Source: Marispirochaeta sp. (GTDB lineage Bacteria > Spirochaetota > Spirochaetia > JC444 > Marispirochaetaceae). From it: a DNA stretch of 64,000 nucleotides. The notes under the pieces were generated by a model, which saw only the letters and a program-made list of their open reading frames with translations, searched no databases and was not told the DNA's origin. Location of the stretch: contig CAXXFF010000004.1 in assembly GCA_963676835.2 (NCBI GenBank), positions 64,001-128,000 on the forward strand, given 5' to 3'. This document shows, in pieces, positions 49,327 through 58,971 of this stretch; within the stretch, counting starts at the first letter, position 1; each line of letters opens with the position of its first letter. The position numbers and the translations under genes were made by a program.

Positions 49327-50428
49327 GAAAACTGTTCACCACATAGCGGTTTCTTCCCTGCTTTTTCGCTGAGTACAGGGCTTTATCCGCTGCGCTTATG
49401 AGAGTTTCAATCTCATTATGGGCACCGGCATGACTTATTGCTACTCCTACCGATACCGTTACCACTCCGTATGGGCTCTTCTCGTGGGGAAAGGCAGCTG
49501 CTTCTGTTTTCTCGATTATTGCGGAAGCAAAGGATTCAGCAGTTTCGGTATTTGTAGGTGACAGAAGCATTACAAACTCTTCACCGCCGTAACGGAAAAT
49601 ATAATCACTTTTACGCCGGATAAGTCCGCTCAGTATTTCAGCAAACTGGTTGAGCACTTCATCTCCCCTGAGATGTCCGTAGGTGTCGTTATAGAGCTTA
49701 AAATAGTCCACATCGATCATCAGCAGAGCAAGCTGATCCCCGGTTCTCTTCCGCTGAAAAAGAACACTGCCTAGAATCTCATCCATATAGCGGCGGTTAT
49801 GCAGGCCCGTAAGACCATCACGGATGGCCCGTTCATTCAGATCCTGCATGGCATTATCCAGACGCTGATGCATAATGACCCGGGTTTTTTCGAAGATATA
49901 GGAAAAAAGAAAAACAAGCAGATAACTGAGGGTAATCCGGAGGACAAGGCCCGGAGGATAGGGTGAATAAAAGGGAAGATACCCGCCGAAAATGTTAATT
50001 CCTGTCATCAGGGCAAGAAGAAGCATGGAAAAAACCGTTCCTCCGGTACTGCCCAGCAGAAACAGGGTAATTATAGGAAATGAGTAGATCCAGACATACG
50101 ACTGCTGGTGAGCTGCTCCTGTGGCAAAAAGAATTACAAAAAATATCAGAACAATTACACAGCCGCTGTACGCTGTACCGGTAATATTCTGTGTTATCCA
50201 GAGATAAATATAGTGGCCCAGAAGCATTACAACGATGGTGAAATCAAGAATAGAAAGAAAATAGAGTCCGTCAAAAAAAGCTACCCCCGCAAGAAGCAGA
50301 ACAAAGATACTTCCCGTGAGTATCAGCACACTTATCATTACTATCTTTCGCTGCTGATCAAAATCGAGACCGCTCTCAGAACCGGCTCCAACAAGGCTGG
50401 TTAGTTTTTGGCGGAATTTTCCTGTCAT
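49307..50428 (-). CDS. Membrane diguanylate cyclase
   Basis: Multiple TM segments; DGLTGLHNRR, DVDYFK.YND, RKSD I-site and RYGGEEF. Confidence 0.93.
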   Translation of the reverse strand: MTGKFRQKLTSLVGAGSESGLDFDQQRKIVMISVLILTGSIFVLLLAGVAFFDGLYFLSILDFTIVVMLLGHYIYLWITQNITGTAYSGCVIVLIFFVILFATGAAHQQSYVWIYSFPIITLFLLGSTGGTVFSMLLLALMTGINIFGGYLPFYSPYPPGLVLRITLSYLLVFLFSYIFEKTRVIMHQRLDNAMQDLNERAIRDGLTGLHNRRYMDEILGSVLFQRKRTGDQLALLMIDVDYFKLYNDTYGHLRGDEVLNQFAEILSGLIRRKSDYIFRYGGEEFVMLLSPTNTETAESFASAIIEKTEAAAFPHEKSPYGVVTVSVGVAISHAGAHNEIETLISAADKALYSAKKQGRNRYVVNSFLSSLEQ

Positions 50429-50470
50429 AAAAGAAAGTATTGGTTAACCGACTTCCTATTTCAAGGATTT

Positions 50471-51763
50471 TCAGTAGTTATATAAGTAACTGCAGCCCAG
50501 CGATACAGTCCAGGGAAGCCCGGAGTCAGGGAAAACACCAAGGTCTCTGTATTTTTGAAGGGGTATAAAAAGTGCTCCGCCGGCATACAGGGTAAAACCC
50601 GATTCAAAGGCATATTCCGACTTGAAAATCAATTCCGACCCCATAAACCCCGAAGGGGTATCGCTGTCGGTTATCTTTTCGAAGGTACCTTCACCATCAG
50701 AAGGCCGGAAAACCGCTGCGGCAGACGCAGATGTCCTGAAAGCGGGAAGAGCTGGCACCGGTGCAAAATCGTAGGCGGTTTCAATACGCAGCAGGTTCGA
50801 CAGAACATAATCGTACACTCCCTGGGAGTCTGTCCGGGTTACCGGCATAAACTGGGAAGAGAGCCCACCTCCGGCATCGCCGAAAAGGGGATGGGAAGAA
50901 TCTCCGGAAGCAGCAGTTATATTAAGCAGAAGATTATCGGAAGAGCTCATAAGACCCGACCAGACAAGCTCGGTGCCCGCTGCTGCCGCAATACTCTGGG
51001 TATACAGATAATCCCGGTTACTCTGGCCGTAATAATTGCCCTGCTGCACAAAACAGAAGAGAGAAAAATTGCTCCCCAGAAGAGTCCCATCAAGACCTGC
51101 ACCGAGGGTAAAGGAATCATAGTTGTCCCCGGTAAAATCGTTCTCTTCAGGAATATCAAAGTTGACAATAAAATTGGCATGCAATAAAGAACCTGCAAAG
51201 AGTTCCGGATAATCGAGGCCGAAAAGAAAGAGAAGCCGGCTCGGTGCAAACAGAGGCTCTCCCCGGTCATCTTCCGATTCGGTGGGAATAAGTTCGGCAG
51301 CAGAATCCAGCAGCAGCCCGGTTATTCCCGCTGCAGCTGACAGCTGAACATCTCCTCCGTTATACCCGAGTATGATACCGTCCGCCGGTGTGTTGAGTAT
51401 CAGGGAGGAGAAATCCTGAAGCCTGCTTCTGCCGGCAGCATAATCGACTGCACCAAAACTTCCTTTCAGGCGGGCAATGAGAAGATCACCGTAAAACTCC
51501 TGTTCAAGCTCATCGGGAGTGCTGAGAATGTTGTAATTAAGAAAGAAAGCAAGCTCTGCCTCCATACCGGCAAAAAGAGGCTGGGAGAGCAAGACATCGG
51601 TCTGAACCAGAGCTTCAAGCTCTGGTTCATCTTCTGAACGGGAAAAACAGGCGGACTCCCCCAGGGCATTTACTTCAAGATCAAGGGAGAGAAGGGATGA
51701 AAAAGAGGCTGAAACTGTAAGAAAAATCAGAATATAGAGTACGGTACTTTTTTTCACCGGCAA
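50471..51763 (-). CDS. Hypothetical exported/outer-membrane beta-barrel-like protein
   Basis: Signal peptide, amphipathic beta-strands, aromatic C-terminus. Confidence 0.55.
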   Translation of the reverse strand: MPVKKSTVLYILIFLTVSASFSSLLSLDLEVNALGESACFSRSEDEPELEALVQTDVLLSQPLFAGMEAELAFFLNYNILSTPDELEQEFYGDLLIARLKGSFGAVDYAAGRSRLQDFSSLILNTPADGIILGYNGGDVQLSAAAGITGLLLDSAAELIPTESEDDRGEPLFAPSRLLFLFGLDYPELFAGSLLHANFIVNFDIPEENDFTGDNYDSFTLGAGLDGTLLGSNFSLFCFVQQGNYYGQSNRDYLYTQSIAAAAGTELVWSGLMSSSDNLLLNITAASGDSSHPLFGDAGGGLSSQFMPVTRTDSQGVYDYVLSNLLRIETAYDFAPVPALPAFRTSASAAAVFRPSDGEGTFEKITDSDTPSGFMGSELIFKSEYAFESGFTLYAGGALFIPLQKYRDLGVFPDSGLPWTVSLGCSYLYNY

Positions 51764-51872
51764 TCCCCCCTGCCCTGTCAGCGACTTATTCCATTGTACG
51801 GCGGGAAGCCTTCTCTGTCCAACCCGGAAGAGAGAAAGAGACGAGAAAAAAGAGAAAAGAAAAAGATTCTCC

Positions 51873-52847
51873 TCAGCCTATGACCAGGGCCTGATCACGC
51901 AGATCTTCCAGTTCCCGAATCCAGTAGGCCCGGGATCCCCAGTCGGGGAAGTGGCGGGAAAAACCGGTATCCTTCCGCTGCCTGGCACACCAGGCGGCAA
52001 AGTGGAGCATCCTCATAAATCGCAGGGGTTCGATGAGCTTAAGAGTCTCCCAGGGAAAAGGGGAAAACTCCTCGTACCCCGCAGTAAACTGCCCTATCTG
52101 CTCTTCCGAATCCTCCCGTCGTCCCGGAAGGAGCATCCAGAGATCCTGTACCGCCGGGCCGGTGACCATATCGTCAAAATCAATCAGCATAAGCCCCGTA
52201 TCGGGACGTTCAAGGATATTACCCCGGTGGCAGTCGCCGTGAATACGATGGACGGGAATATCCTGAAAAAGCGGGGTAATCCTTGAGAGCACATTCCTGC
52301 AGAGCTCTTCAAAATCGAATGCCGTATCGGGATGAACCAGGGGCAGCAGTTCTTTTAGCTGCGGACCGGAAACAGCAGCTGGATTCCAGTTAAGCCTGTG
52401 GGGTGCTGAACGGCTGCGGGCGGTGAGGTGAAGTCTGCCAAGGAGACGGCCCAGACGATACCATTGCTCTTCACCTTCCGCATCGAAACTGCGGCCCCCT
52501 TTTTTGGGAAACAGGGCCATAAGAAAATCCTGTTCATCGTTGCGGGAACTTACGGCGCTTACCTCAAAGAGAGTATCCCCCTCGGAATCCTCCAGGGGGT
52601 TGATCACCGGAAGTTCTGCTTCCCGGCAGTCGGCGAGAAACTGGTGCTCCTCTTCTATCGCCTCCCAGGTCCATCGGCCGGGACGGTAGAATTTAACCAC
52701 GTACTCCTTGCCGTCGTCATCCTTCAGGCCGTAAACCCTGTTTATGTAACTGGGATAGGGCACCAGAGAGCCTTCGAGGGAAAGATCGAAAACGGCACTT
52801 ACCGAGGCGTGAACAAAGTCGGGGGTAAGAAGATCAAAGCCTGCCAT
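51873..52847 (-). CDS. srkA: Stress response Ser/Thr kinase SrkA (YihE/RdoA)
   Basis: SYINRVY, VKFYRPGRW, EEHQF, IHGDCH.GN, DFDD and GPAVQDLWMLL motifs. Confidence 0.92.
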   Translation of the reverse strand: MAGFDLLTPDFVHASVSAVFDLSLEGSLVPYPSYINRVYGLKDDDGKEYVVKFYRPGRWTWEAIEEEHQFLADCREAELPVINPLEDSEGDTLFEVSAVSSRNDEQDFLMALFPKKGGRSFDAEGEEQWYRLGRLLGRLHLTARSRSAPHRLNWNPAAVSGPQLKELLPLVHPDTAFDFEELCRNVLSRITPLFQDIPVHRIHGDCHRGNILERPDTGLMLIDFDDMVTGPAVQDLWMLLPGRREDSEEQIGQFTAGYEEFSPFPWETLKLIEPLRFMRMLHFAAWCARQRKDTGFSRHFPDWGSRAYWIRELEDLRDQALVIG

Positions 52848-54141
52848 CAGCGGCTCCCCGCCGGTAGGGACTTAAGAGCCCTCCGGTTTTTCCGGAAACC
52901 ATGGCATCCAGAAGGATCCCCTCCTCTTCATAATCCTCGCGGAAGACCTTTCCCGTACGATGGGCAAGGGCAACCAGATCGTGCCGGTCTGAAGGCAGAA
53001 GAAAGAGCTGCCGCCTTTTATCGGCATACAGCATTTTTTCAAGTGCCTGAGGCAGGGTGTCGAGGCCCGCGCCGCTGTGAACAGAAAACATAACAGCATC
53101 GGGATACTGGAGGCTCAGGGCATTCTGTTCCTCTTCGGGAAGCAGATCTATCTTGTTGAAGCAGGTTAATACCGGTTTTTCACCGGCACCTATCTCCTTG
53201 AGTACCTGCCGGGTAACCCGCATGTGTTCTGCCAGTTCCGGACTGGATGCATCCAGAATATGCAGCAGGAAGTCTGCCAGCACAGTCTCTTCCAGGGTGG
53301 ATTTAAAGGCGTCTACAAGATCATGGGGAAGCTTGCGGATAAAGCCCACCGTATCGGTCAACAGCAGCTCATTTCCCCCTTCAAGCTTGATTCGCCTGGT
53401 GGTGGGATCCAGAGTGGCAAAAAGTTTATCCTCCACCAGGACATCCGCACCGGTAAGGCGTTTCAAAAGGGATGATTTACCCGCATTGGTATAGCCCACA
53501 ATGGCCGCGGTTGGAACAGGAATAGCCTCACGCTGTTTGCGCATGGTATTTCTGTTACGCCGGACATGGGCGAGTTCCTCTTTCATTCGGGCAATCTTGC
53601 GCAGCACAATACGCCGGTCAACTTCAAGCTGGGTTTCACCCTCACCTCGGGTACCGCGGCTTCCGCCCCGCTGCCGGCTCAGGTGGGTCCAGGCCCGGGT
53701 AAGCCGGGGCAAAGAGTACTCCATCCGCGCAAGCCCCACCTGGAGAACCGCTTCTCTGGTGGATGCCCGGGATGCAAAAATATCGAGAATTACTTCGTGA
53801 CGATCGATTACACAACGGTCGGCAAGAGCCTCCCAGTTACGCTGCTGACTGGGGGAGAGATCCTGATCAAAGATAATGCAGTCCACCTCCAGCTCTTCCG
53901 CCAGTTCGGCGATTTCTGCTGCTTTACCGGTGCCGAAGAAATAGCGGGATTTTGGAGACTTCACCGGAGCAGTTACGCCGTCGACAACACCGAGCCCCAT
54001 GGTATCCACAAGACTGGTCAGCTCCTCCATCTCTCTGAGACACTCTTCATCCTTCTGCCCCGGCATGCGGGGAACTACCAGAAGAGCCGTCTGGGCATAG
54101 GTAGAGAGGATGCCTTCGGCGTCGTGCTGGGATGTATTCAT
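52834..54141 (-). CDS. hflX: Ribosome-splitting GTPase HflX
   Basis: ILDIFA.RA, GYTNAGKSS, LFATLDPT, DTVGFI and NKID motifs. Confidence 0.96.
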   Translation of the reverse strand: MNTSQHDAEGILSTYAQTALLVVPRMPGQKDEECLREMEELTSLVDTMGLGVVDGVTAPVKSPKSRYFFGTGKAAEIAELAEELEVDCIIFDQDLSPSQQRNWEALADRCVIDRHEVILDIFASRASTREAVLQVGLARMEYSLPRLTRAWTHLSRQRGGSRGTRGEGETQLEVDRRIVLRKIARMKEELAHVRRNRNTMRKQREAIPVPTAAIVGYTNAGKSSLLKRLTGADVLVEDKLFATLDPTTRRIKLEGGNELLLTDTVGFIRKLPHDLVDAFKSTLEETVLADFLLHILDASSPELAEHMRVTRQVLKEIGAGEKPVLTCFNKIDLLPEEEQNALSLQYPDAVMFSVHSGAGLDTLPQALEKMLYADKRRQLFLLPSDRHDLVALAHRTGKVFREDYEEEGILLDAMVSGKTGGLLSPYRRGAADGRL

Positions 54142-54152
54142 GTTCTGACTGC

Positions 54153-54593
54153 CTAAAGTCCCTGGAGAACCCTGGAGAACCGTTCAAGAACCTTTTTCCG
54201 GTCCAGGGGTTTAACAATATAGTTTTTGGCCCCTAACATAAATGACTTCTTTACCAGATCCTGCTTTCCCAGGGCGCTGACCATAATAATCCGTGCCTCG
54301 GAATCGAAGGCAATTATCTTTTCGAGGGCGGTAATACCGTCCATAACCGGCATGGTTATATCCAGGGTAACAATATCGATACCGGGATGATTTTCCTGAT
54401 AGAGCTCAAGGGCCTCTTTGCCATTGGCCGCGGTTGCAACCACTTCAAAACCTTCGGAGGTAAGGATCTGTCCCAGCTGTTTTTTCACAAAAATGGAATC
54501 ATCCACAATCAGAACCCGGTAGGGTTTTCCATTGGGCTTCAGTCCTTCCGGTTCTTTGCTGTTGATTGACGGGAAATCCATTTTGGTTTTCAA
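54153..54593 (-). CDS. Single-domain CheY-like response regulator
   Basis: VDDS, LDITMP..DG, SA and KP motifs; TTG start. Confidence 0.9.
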   Translation of the reverse strand: MKTKMDFPSINSKEPEGLKPNGKPYRVLIVDDSIFVKKQLGQILTSEGFEVVATAANGKEALELYQENHPGIDIVTLDITMPVMDGITALEKIIAFDSEARIIMVSALGKQDLVKKSFMLGAKNYIVKPLDRKKVLERFSRVLQGL

Positions 54594-54680
54594 TGCCTTT
54601 TCCTCCGGAGCCCTTTGCCCCTGCTGTAGTATTACCTGTGAATTCTATACAGGATTGAAAAAATTTCAAGGGGAGCAGGT

Positions 54681-54709
54681 TTGACATAAGTGAATCTTCG
54701 CCCTACCAT
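54681..54709 (+). promoter_or_regulatory. sigma70 promoter of the homocysteine synthesis operon
   Basis: TTGACA-17 nt-TACCAT. Confidence 0.7.
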
Positions 54710-54742
54710 AGAGCCCTGACAAAACATGTTGAGGGATACCGG

Positions 54743-55948
54743 ATGAACGAGATCAAAAGTCTGGACGATATCAATAAACGCATCGAATCCGGAAAAGCCG
54801 TCGTAATGACCGCTGAAGAGGTTATCGGATACGTAGAAAAAAAAGGCCTTGAGGATGCTGCCCGCGAAATTGACGTGGTCACCACTGCAACCTTCGGCCC
54901 CATGTGTTCTTCGGGGGTCTTCATCAATTTAGGCCATTCAAAACCGAAAATACGGATTACCCAGGCCTGGATGGACGATGTTGAGGTCTATTCCGGAATC
55001 GCCGCGGTGGATCTCTTTCTCGGCGCAACCCAGCTGCCCCATAATGATCCGGAAAACATGGTATTTCCCGGTGAGTTCCGCTACGGCGGAGGGCATATCA
55101 TTGAAAAGCTTGTCCGGGGAGATTCGGTCCGTCTCAATGCACGGTCGTACGGAACTCAGGACTACCCCCGCAAAGAGGTGAGCACCGAAATCCGCCTTTC
55201 CGACATGAATCAGGCCATAATGACCAATCCCCGCAACTGCTATCAGAACTACAATGCAGCGGTCAACTCCTCGGGTAGTACAGTCTATACCTATCTGGGC
55301 GCCCTGAAACCGAATTACGGTTCCATCGGCTACTCCTCTGCCGGTCAGCTCAGCCCGCTTTTGAATGACCCATGGTACCGTTCCATCGGTATCGGCACAA
55401 AGGTCTGGCTGGCAGGCGCTCCCGGAATTGTATACGCCCCGGGAACCCAGCACAGCCCCGATTCGGACAGAGGTGAAAACGAAGTGCCCATAGACGGAGC
55501 CGGAACCCTCGGTCTTTCCGCCGACCTCAAACTGATGGACCCCGAGTTTGTCCGGGGAGTCTCAATAAAGGGCTACGGGGTATCCCTTGCCCTGGGTGTG
55601 GGAATTCCCATTCCTATTACAAGCCTGGAAGCTCTTAAACAGTGTACGGTTAAAGATGAGGAAATTTTTGCCCCCGTAGTGGATTATTCCAGCGACTATC
55701 CCCAGGCTACCGGTAAGGTTCTTGCCCATGTAAGCTATGCGGACCTCCGCAGAGGCAGTATCCGGCTCTTCGATAAAGAAGTGGAAACAGGAAGCCTATC
55801 CTCCTACAACAAGGCGAGAAAAGTCGCCCATCTGCTGGCGGATCAGGTACGCAGCGGAGGTTTCACTATAAATAGACCTGTAATGCCCCTGCCTGCAAAG
55901 GGTTCAAGTTCCCCGATGAAACTCAATCCATCCCGGGAGGGAAAATAA
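54743..55948 (+). CDS. Homocysteine biosynthesis protein (DUF39, L-aspartate semialdehyde sulfurtransferase, MA1821-like; no CBS domains)
   Basis: IN.RI..GKAVVMTAEE, DVVTTATFGPMCSSG, YGGGHIIE, NPRNCYQNY and SPLLNDP motifs. Confidence 0.88.
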   Translation: MNEIKSLDDINKRIESGKAVVMTAEEVIGYVEKKGLEDAAREIDVVTTATFGPMCSSGVFINLGHSKPKIRITQAWMDDVEVYSGIAAVDLFLGATQLPHNDPENMVFPGEFRYGGGHIIEKLVRGDSVRLNARSYGTQDYPRKEVSTEIRLSDMNQAIMTNPRNCYQNYNAAVNSSGSTVYTYLGALKPNYGSIGYSSAGQLSPLLNDPWYRSIGIGTKVWLAGAPGIVYAPGTQHSPDSDRGENEVPIDGAGTLGLSADLKLMDPEFVRGVSIKGYGVSLALGVGIPIPITSLEALKQCTVKDEEIFAPVVDYSSDYPQATGKVLAHVSYADLRRGSIRLFDKEVETGSLSSYNKARKVAHLLADQVRSGGFTINRPVMPLPAKGSSSPMKLNPSREGK

Positions 55949-55950
55949 TA

Positions 55951-56355
55951 ATGACAAAAAGACTGCTGCTTTTTTTCCCTCAATGTGAAACGGAAAAGCC
56001 GATTGTATATCATCTGGTCAAGGATCACGACCTGGAGATCAATATCTTCAGGGCCAAGGTGACTCCCGACGAGGAAGGCTATCTCATTTTGGACCTGACC
56101 GGATCGGAAGAGAATATTAACAAAGGCATAAGCTGGACCCGCAGCCTGGGCATTGAGGTCAGAGAACACCAGAGAGGCCTCCGCTGGGATGAAGAGCTGT
56201 GCACCTCCTGCGGAAACTGCGTTCCCCATTGTCCCACCGGGGCGCTCCATTTTGAGGGAGACGACCGGCATATGGTTTTTGAGGATGCCAAATGCGTGGA
56301 GTGCCTCAGCTGCATTCCCAACTGCCCCTACGGCGCCTGCAGTTCCATAATCTGA
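55951..56355 (+). CDS. NIL domain plus 2x[4Fe-4S] ferredoxin (MA1822-like)
   Basis: PIVYHLVKD.DLEINIFRA NIL domain; two CxxCxxCxxxCP motifs. Confidence 0.9.
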   Translation: MTKRLLLFFPQCETEKPIVYHLVKDHDLEINIFRAKVTPDEEGYLILDLTGSEENINKGISWTRSLGIEVREHQRGLRWDEELCTSCGNCVPHCPTGALHFEGDDRHMVFEDAKCVECLSCIPNCPYGACSSII

Positions 56356-56359
56356 CATA

Positions 56360-57109
56360 TTGCCGCCGATGCGCCGCTTTGCCGAGTTCCGCCATAAAGA
56401 GGCGGTTTTCCAGGTAGCCACCAGCCGACTCGATGCGGTCCGCAGTGAAATCCGCCAGGTTCGGAAAGAGCTGGCAGGCTATATACAAAGCTGTCCGGAA
56501 TTCAAATCATCCCTTGTGCCGTTGGACACCCTTCCCGGCAAGCCGCCGGAAGCGGCTCTCCGCATGCATAGAGCCTCCAGGCTTACCGGTGTCGGTCCCA
56601 TGGCCGCTGTAGCGGGTACGGTGGCCATGCTGGCCGCAGAAGCTGCCCGTAACGCCGGATGCCGGGATACGGTAATAAATAACGGGGGAGACCTGTTTCT
56701 GCACCTTGCAGAAGAAGCAGTGGTTGGAATCTACGGGGGAAACCATGCTTTGGCAGGAAAGGCTGCGTTCAGGATTCTGCCGGAAACAACTCCTCTGGCA
56801 ATCTGCTCGTCATCCTCTAAAATGGGGCATTCCGACTCCTTCGGCGGATGTGATCTTGCAACAGTCTGTTCCCCTGACGGATCCCTTGCTGACGCTGCGG
56901 CCACCCTGGCGGGGAACATGAGCAGAGACCGTGAGAGTGCTGCAGCTGCGGCAGAATTTATTGCTGCTATTCCCGGAATAAACGGCGTTCTTATTCTTAC
57001 CGGCAATGATGTTGCCAGAGCAGGTATCCTGCCGCCGCTTATTACAGTACAAGGGGATTCAGTAAAAAAATCTATCCTGTATCATCCGGACTTTCCAGGG
57101 AGAGATTAA
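56360..57109 (+). CDS. UPF0280/COG2122 ApbE-like protein (MA1715-like)
   Basis: GVGPMAAVAG, NGGD, ICSSS..GHS.SFG and ADAAAT..GN motifs; start could be 56369. Confidence 0.88.
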   Translation: MPPMRRFAEFRHKEAVFQVATSRLDAVRSEIRQVRKELAGYIQSCPEFKSSLVPLDTLPGKPPEAALRMHRASRLTGVGPMAAVAGTVAMLAAEAARNAGCRDTVINNGGDLFLHLAEEAVVGIYGGNHALAGKAAFRILPETTPLAICSSSSKMGHSDSFGGCDLATVCSPDGSLADAAATLAGNMSRDRESAAAAAEFIAAIPGINGVLILTGNDVARAGILPPLITVQGDSVKKSILYHPDFPGRD

Positions 57110-58860
57110 TTTTCAGCCCCGGTCAGGCTGCGTACTTTCTGGAGAAATTCCTGCTCAACAAAGGGCTTTATCAGTACCTCGTCAATGCCCAGGGCACGCA
57201 TTCTCTTTTCTTCCATATCGAAAGAGTAGCCTGTCACCGCCAGAATCGGGATATTGCGGATCCTGCTGTTCTTATGGGTTCGAATACGTTCTGCGCAGGT
57301 AAATCCATCCATTACAGGCATCTGCATATCCAGAATCAGAAGATCCGGAGTGGATTGTTCAACCAGACCCAGTGCTTCCTCTCCGTTTTCTGCGGCGAGC
57401 ACATAAAACCCCTCACCCTGCAGCAGAAACTCCAGGTGAATTCGACTGATACCGCTGTCATCGGCAATACAGACACTTAAGCCTTTATGTGCGATTTTCT
57501 CAGCCTCCGGAGGACTGTTCCCGGTGATGAACTCTACAGCCGGAGCCTTGAAAGAGAGGCTGAACTCTGCGCCATCGCCCTCGGGTCGGGCAAACTGGAT
57601 TTCTGCAGAAAGAAGGTTACTCAGCTCCCGGGCAACGGCAAGGCCCAGCCCCGCTCCCTGGTAGGTTTTATTGTAACCGTTATCCACCTGGTAGTAGGGA
57701 TCAAAAATATGTTCCTCTTTACCTTCAGGCACACCCGGGCCGTAATCCCGGATGCTGATCCGTATAGTGCAAGTTCCATCGCCTTCAAGCCCGGACACTG
57801 CAGTGAGCAGAATATCGCCATAGGAGAACTTGGCCGCGTTTTCCAGCAGATTATTGACAATCTGGGAGATGGCAGCAGAATCGGACAGGACTGATCTGCA
57901 GGAAAGCTCACTTAAATCGAGGGTAACCTCCGGCCGGTGTTTATCCATGCTTTTATTGGTTCGCGCCGCACAGGCACGGATAAGCTGCTCTATATCGCAA
58001 GGCTGCCGGTGCCGGGGATAATTTCCCTCTTCCAGTCTGTTGTGGATGAGAATATTGGAAAGCATGGAATTCAGGGAGAAAGAGCTGCTTTCCAGAAGTT
58101 CCAGAATATGCTGCTGTTTTTTATTGAATTTTGTTTCCCGCAGCAGTGATGCAGCGCTGATAATACCGTTCAGTGGAGTACGGATCTCATGAGAAATATT
58201 AGCGAAGAATTTCTTCTGCACATTCAGGGAGCTGGAAAGGCGATTCACCAGTTGATGACGTTCATCAAGGATTCGATGCAGACGATTGCCGGTATGAAAA
58301 ACCGAATAGGCGATAATAAATGCGCACACCACATACACACCGATGCCCCAAAGCACGTATACAGGTACTTTTACTCTTGATATGTGCATTATGCTGTGAA
58401 CAGTAAATACTCCCAGCAAAATTAGAAGCCTTAACAGGTACGCACCCTGCCTTTCAGCAAAATTACCCAGCAGCATAACTCCCACAAGGCAATGCAAAGC
58501 GGCGATTTCATAAACAGGGACGTCCATAAGATTCAGGTCGAGAAACTCCAGGAGAAAGTACCCGACCTGCATAAGGGGAACAACGAGATAAACCAGCAGT
58601 GCCATTGCCTGCCGCACTCTGCCTCGGAGGACCAATACAAAGAAGATAATATCCGTTGTTAAGAGAAAAATATGCTGCAGAAGGAAATGCCAGGTACTGT
58701 TAACATAGCTGACACTGATCAGATAGGCCAGAACAGGTGCAAGAAAGAGAAGAAACGCAATAAAAATTTTGCTGAGCAGCATATAGCGGCTGGACTCGAC
58801 CCTGATACGGCCTTCAAGCCAGCGGTTAAATCTAAAAAACCCGCTTCTCTTCTCTCCCAT
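57106..58860 (-). CDS. Membrane hybrid histidine kinase / response regulator
   Basis: Multiple TM segments; FFANISHEIRTPLNG, NLLENAAKF, DYGPG, GAGLGL and receiver DMQMP motifs. Confidence 0.93.
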   Translation of the reverse strand: MGEKRSGFFRFNRWLEGRIRVESSRYMLLSKIFIAFLLFLAPVLAYLISVSYVNSTWHFLLQHIFLLTTDIIFFVLVLRGRVRQAMALLVYLVVPLMQVGYFLLEFLDLNLMDVPVYEIAALHCLVGVMLLGNFAERQGAYLLRLLILLGVFTVHSIMHISRVKVPVYVLWGIGVYVVCAFIIAYSVFHTGNRLHRILDERHQLVNRLSSSLNVQKKFFANISHEIRTPLNGIISAASLLRETKFNKKQQHILELLESSSFSLNSMLSNILIHNRLEEGNYPRHRQPCDIEQLIRACAARTNKSMDKHRPEVTLDLSELSCRSVLSDSAAISQIVNNLLENAAKFSYGDILLTAVSGLEGDGTCTIRISIRDYGPGVPEGKEEHIFDPYYQVDNGYNKTYQGAGLGLAVARELSNLLSAEIQFARPEGDGAEFSLSFKAPAVEFITGNSPPEAEKIAHKGLSVCIADDSGISRIHLEFLLQGEGFYVLAAENGEEALGLVEQSTPDLLILDMQMPVMDGFTCAERIRTHKNSRIRNIPILAVTGYSFDMEEKRMRALGIDEVLIKPFVEQEFLQKVRSLTGAEN

Positions 58861-58901
58861 ACTGGTAGAACTATAGGTTGCTCCGTAGCTCAGGTCAATA
58901 G

Positions 58902-58943
58902 AAAAAGGCCGGTGCTCCCTGCTTAAAAAACGGAAGACCGGCC
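58902..58943 (-). terminator. Probable terminator of the YccA-family gene
   Basis: GGCCGGT ... ACCGGCC followed by TTTTT on the minus strand. Confidence 0.55.
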
Positions 58944-58971
58944 CTGCTGTTTCAGGTAAAAACGGCTGAAA

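Noticed and set aside
51826..51866. Purine-rich GA tract between srkA and the OMP gene
   Set aside because: Low complexity with no repeat unit; at most a pyrimidine-rich termination region on the minus strand.
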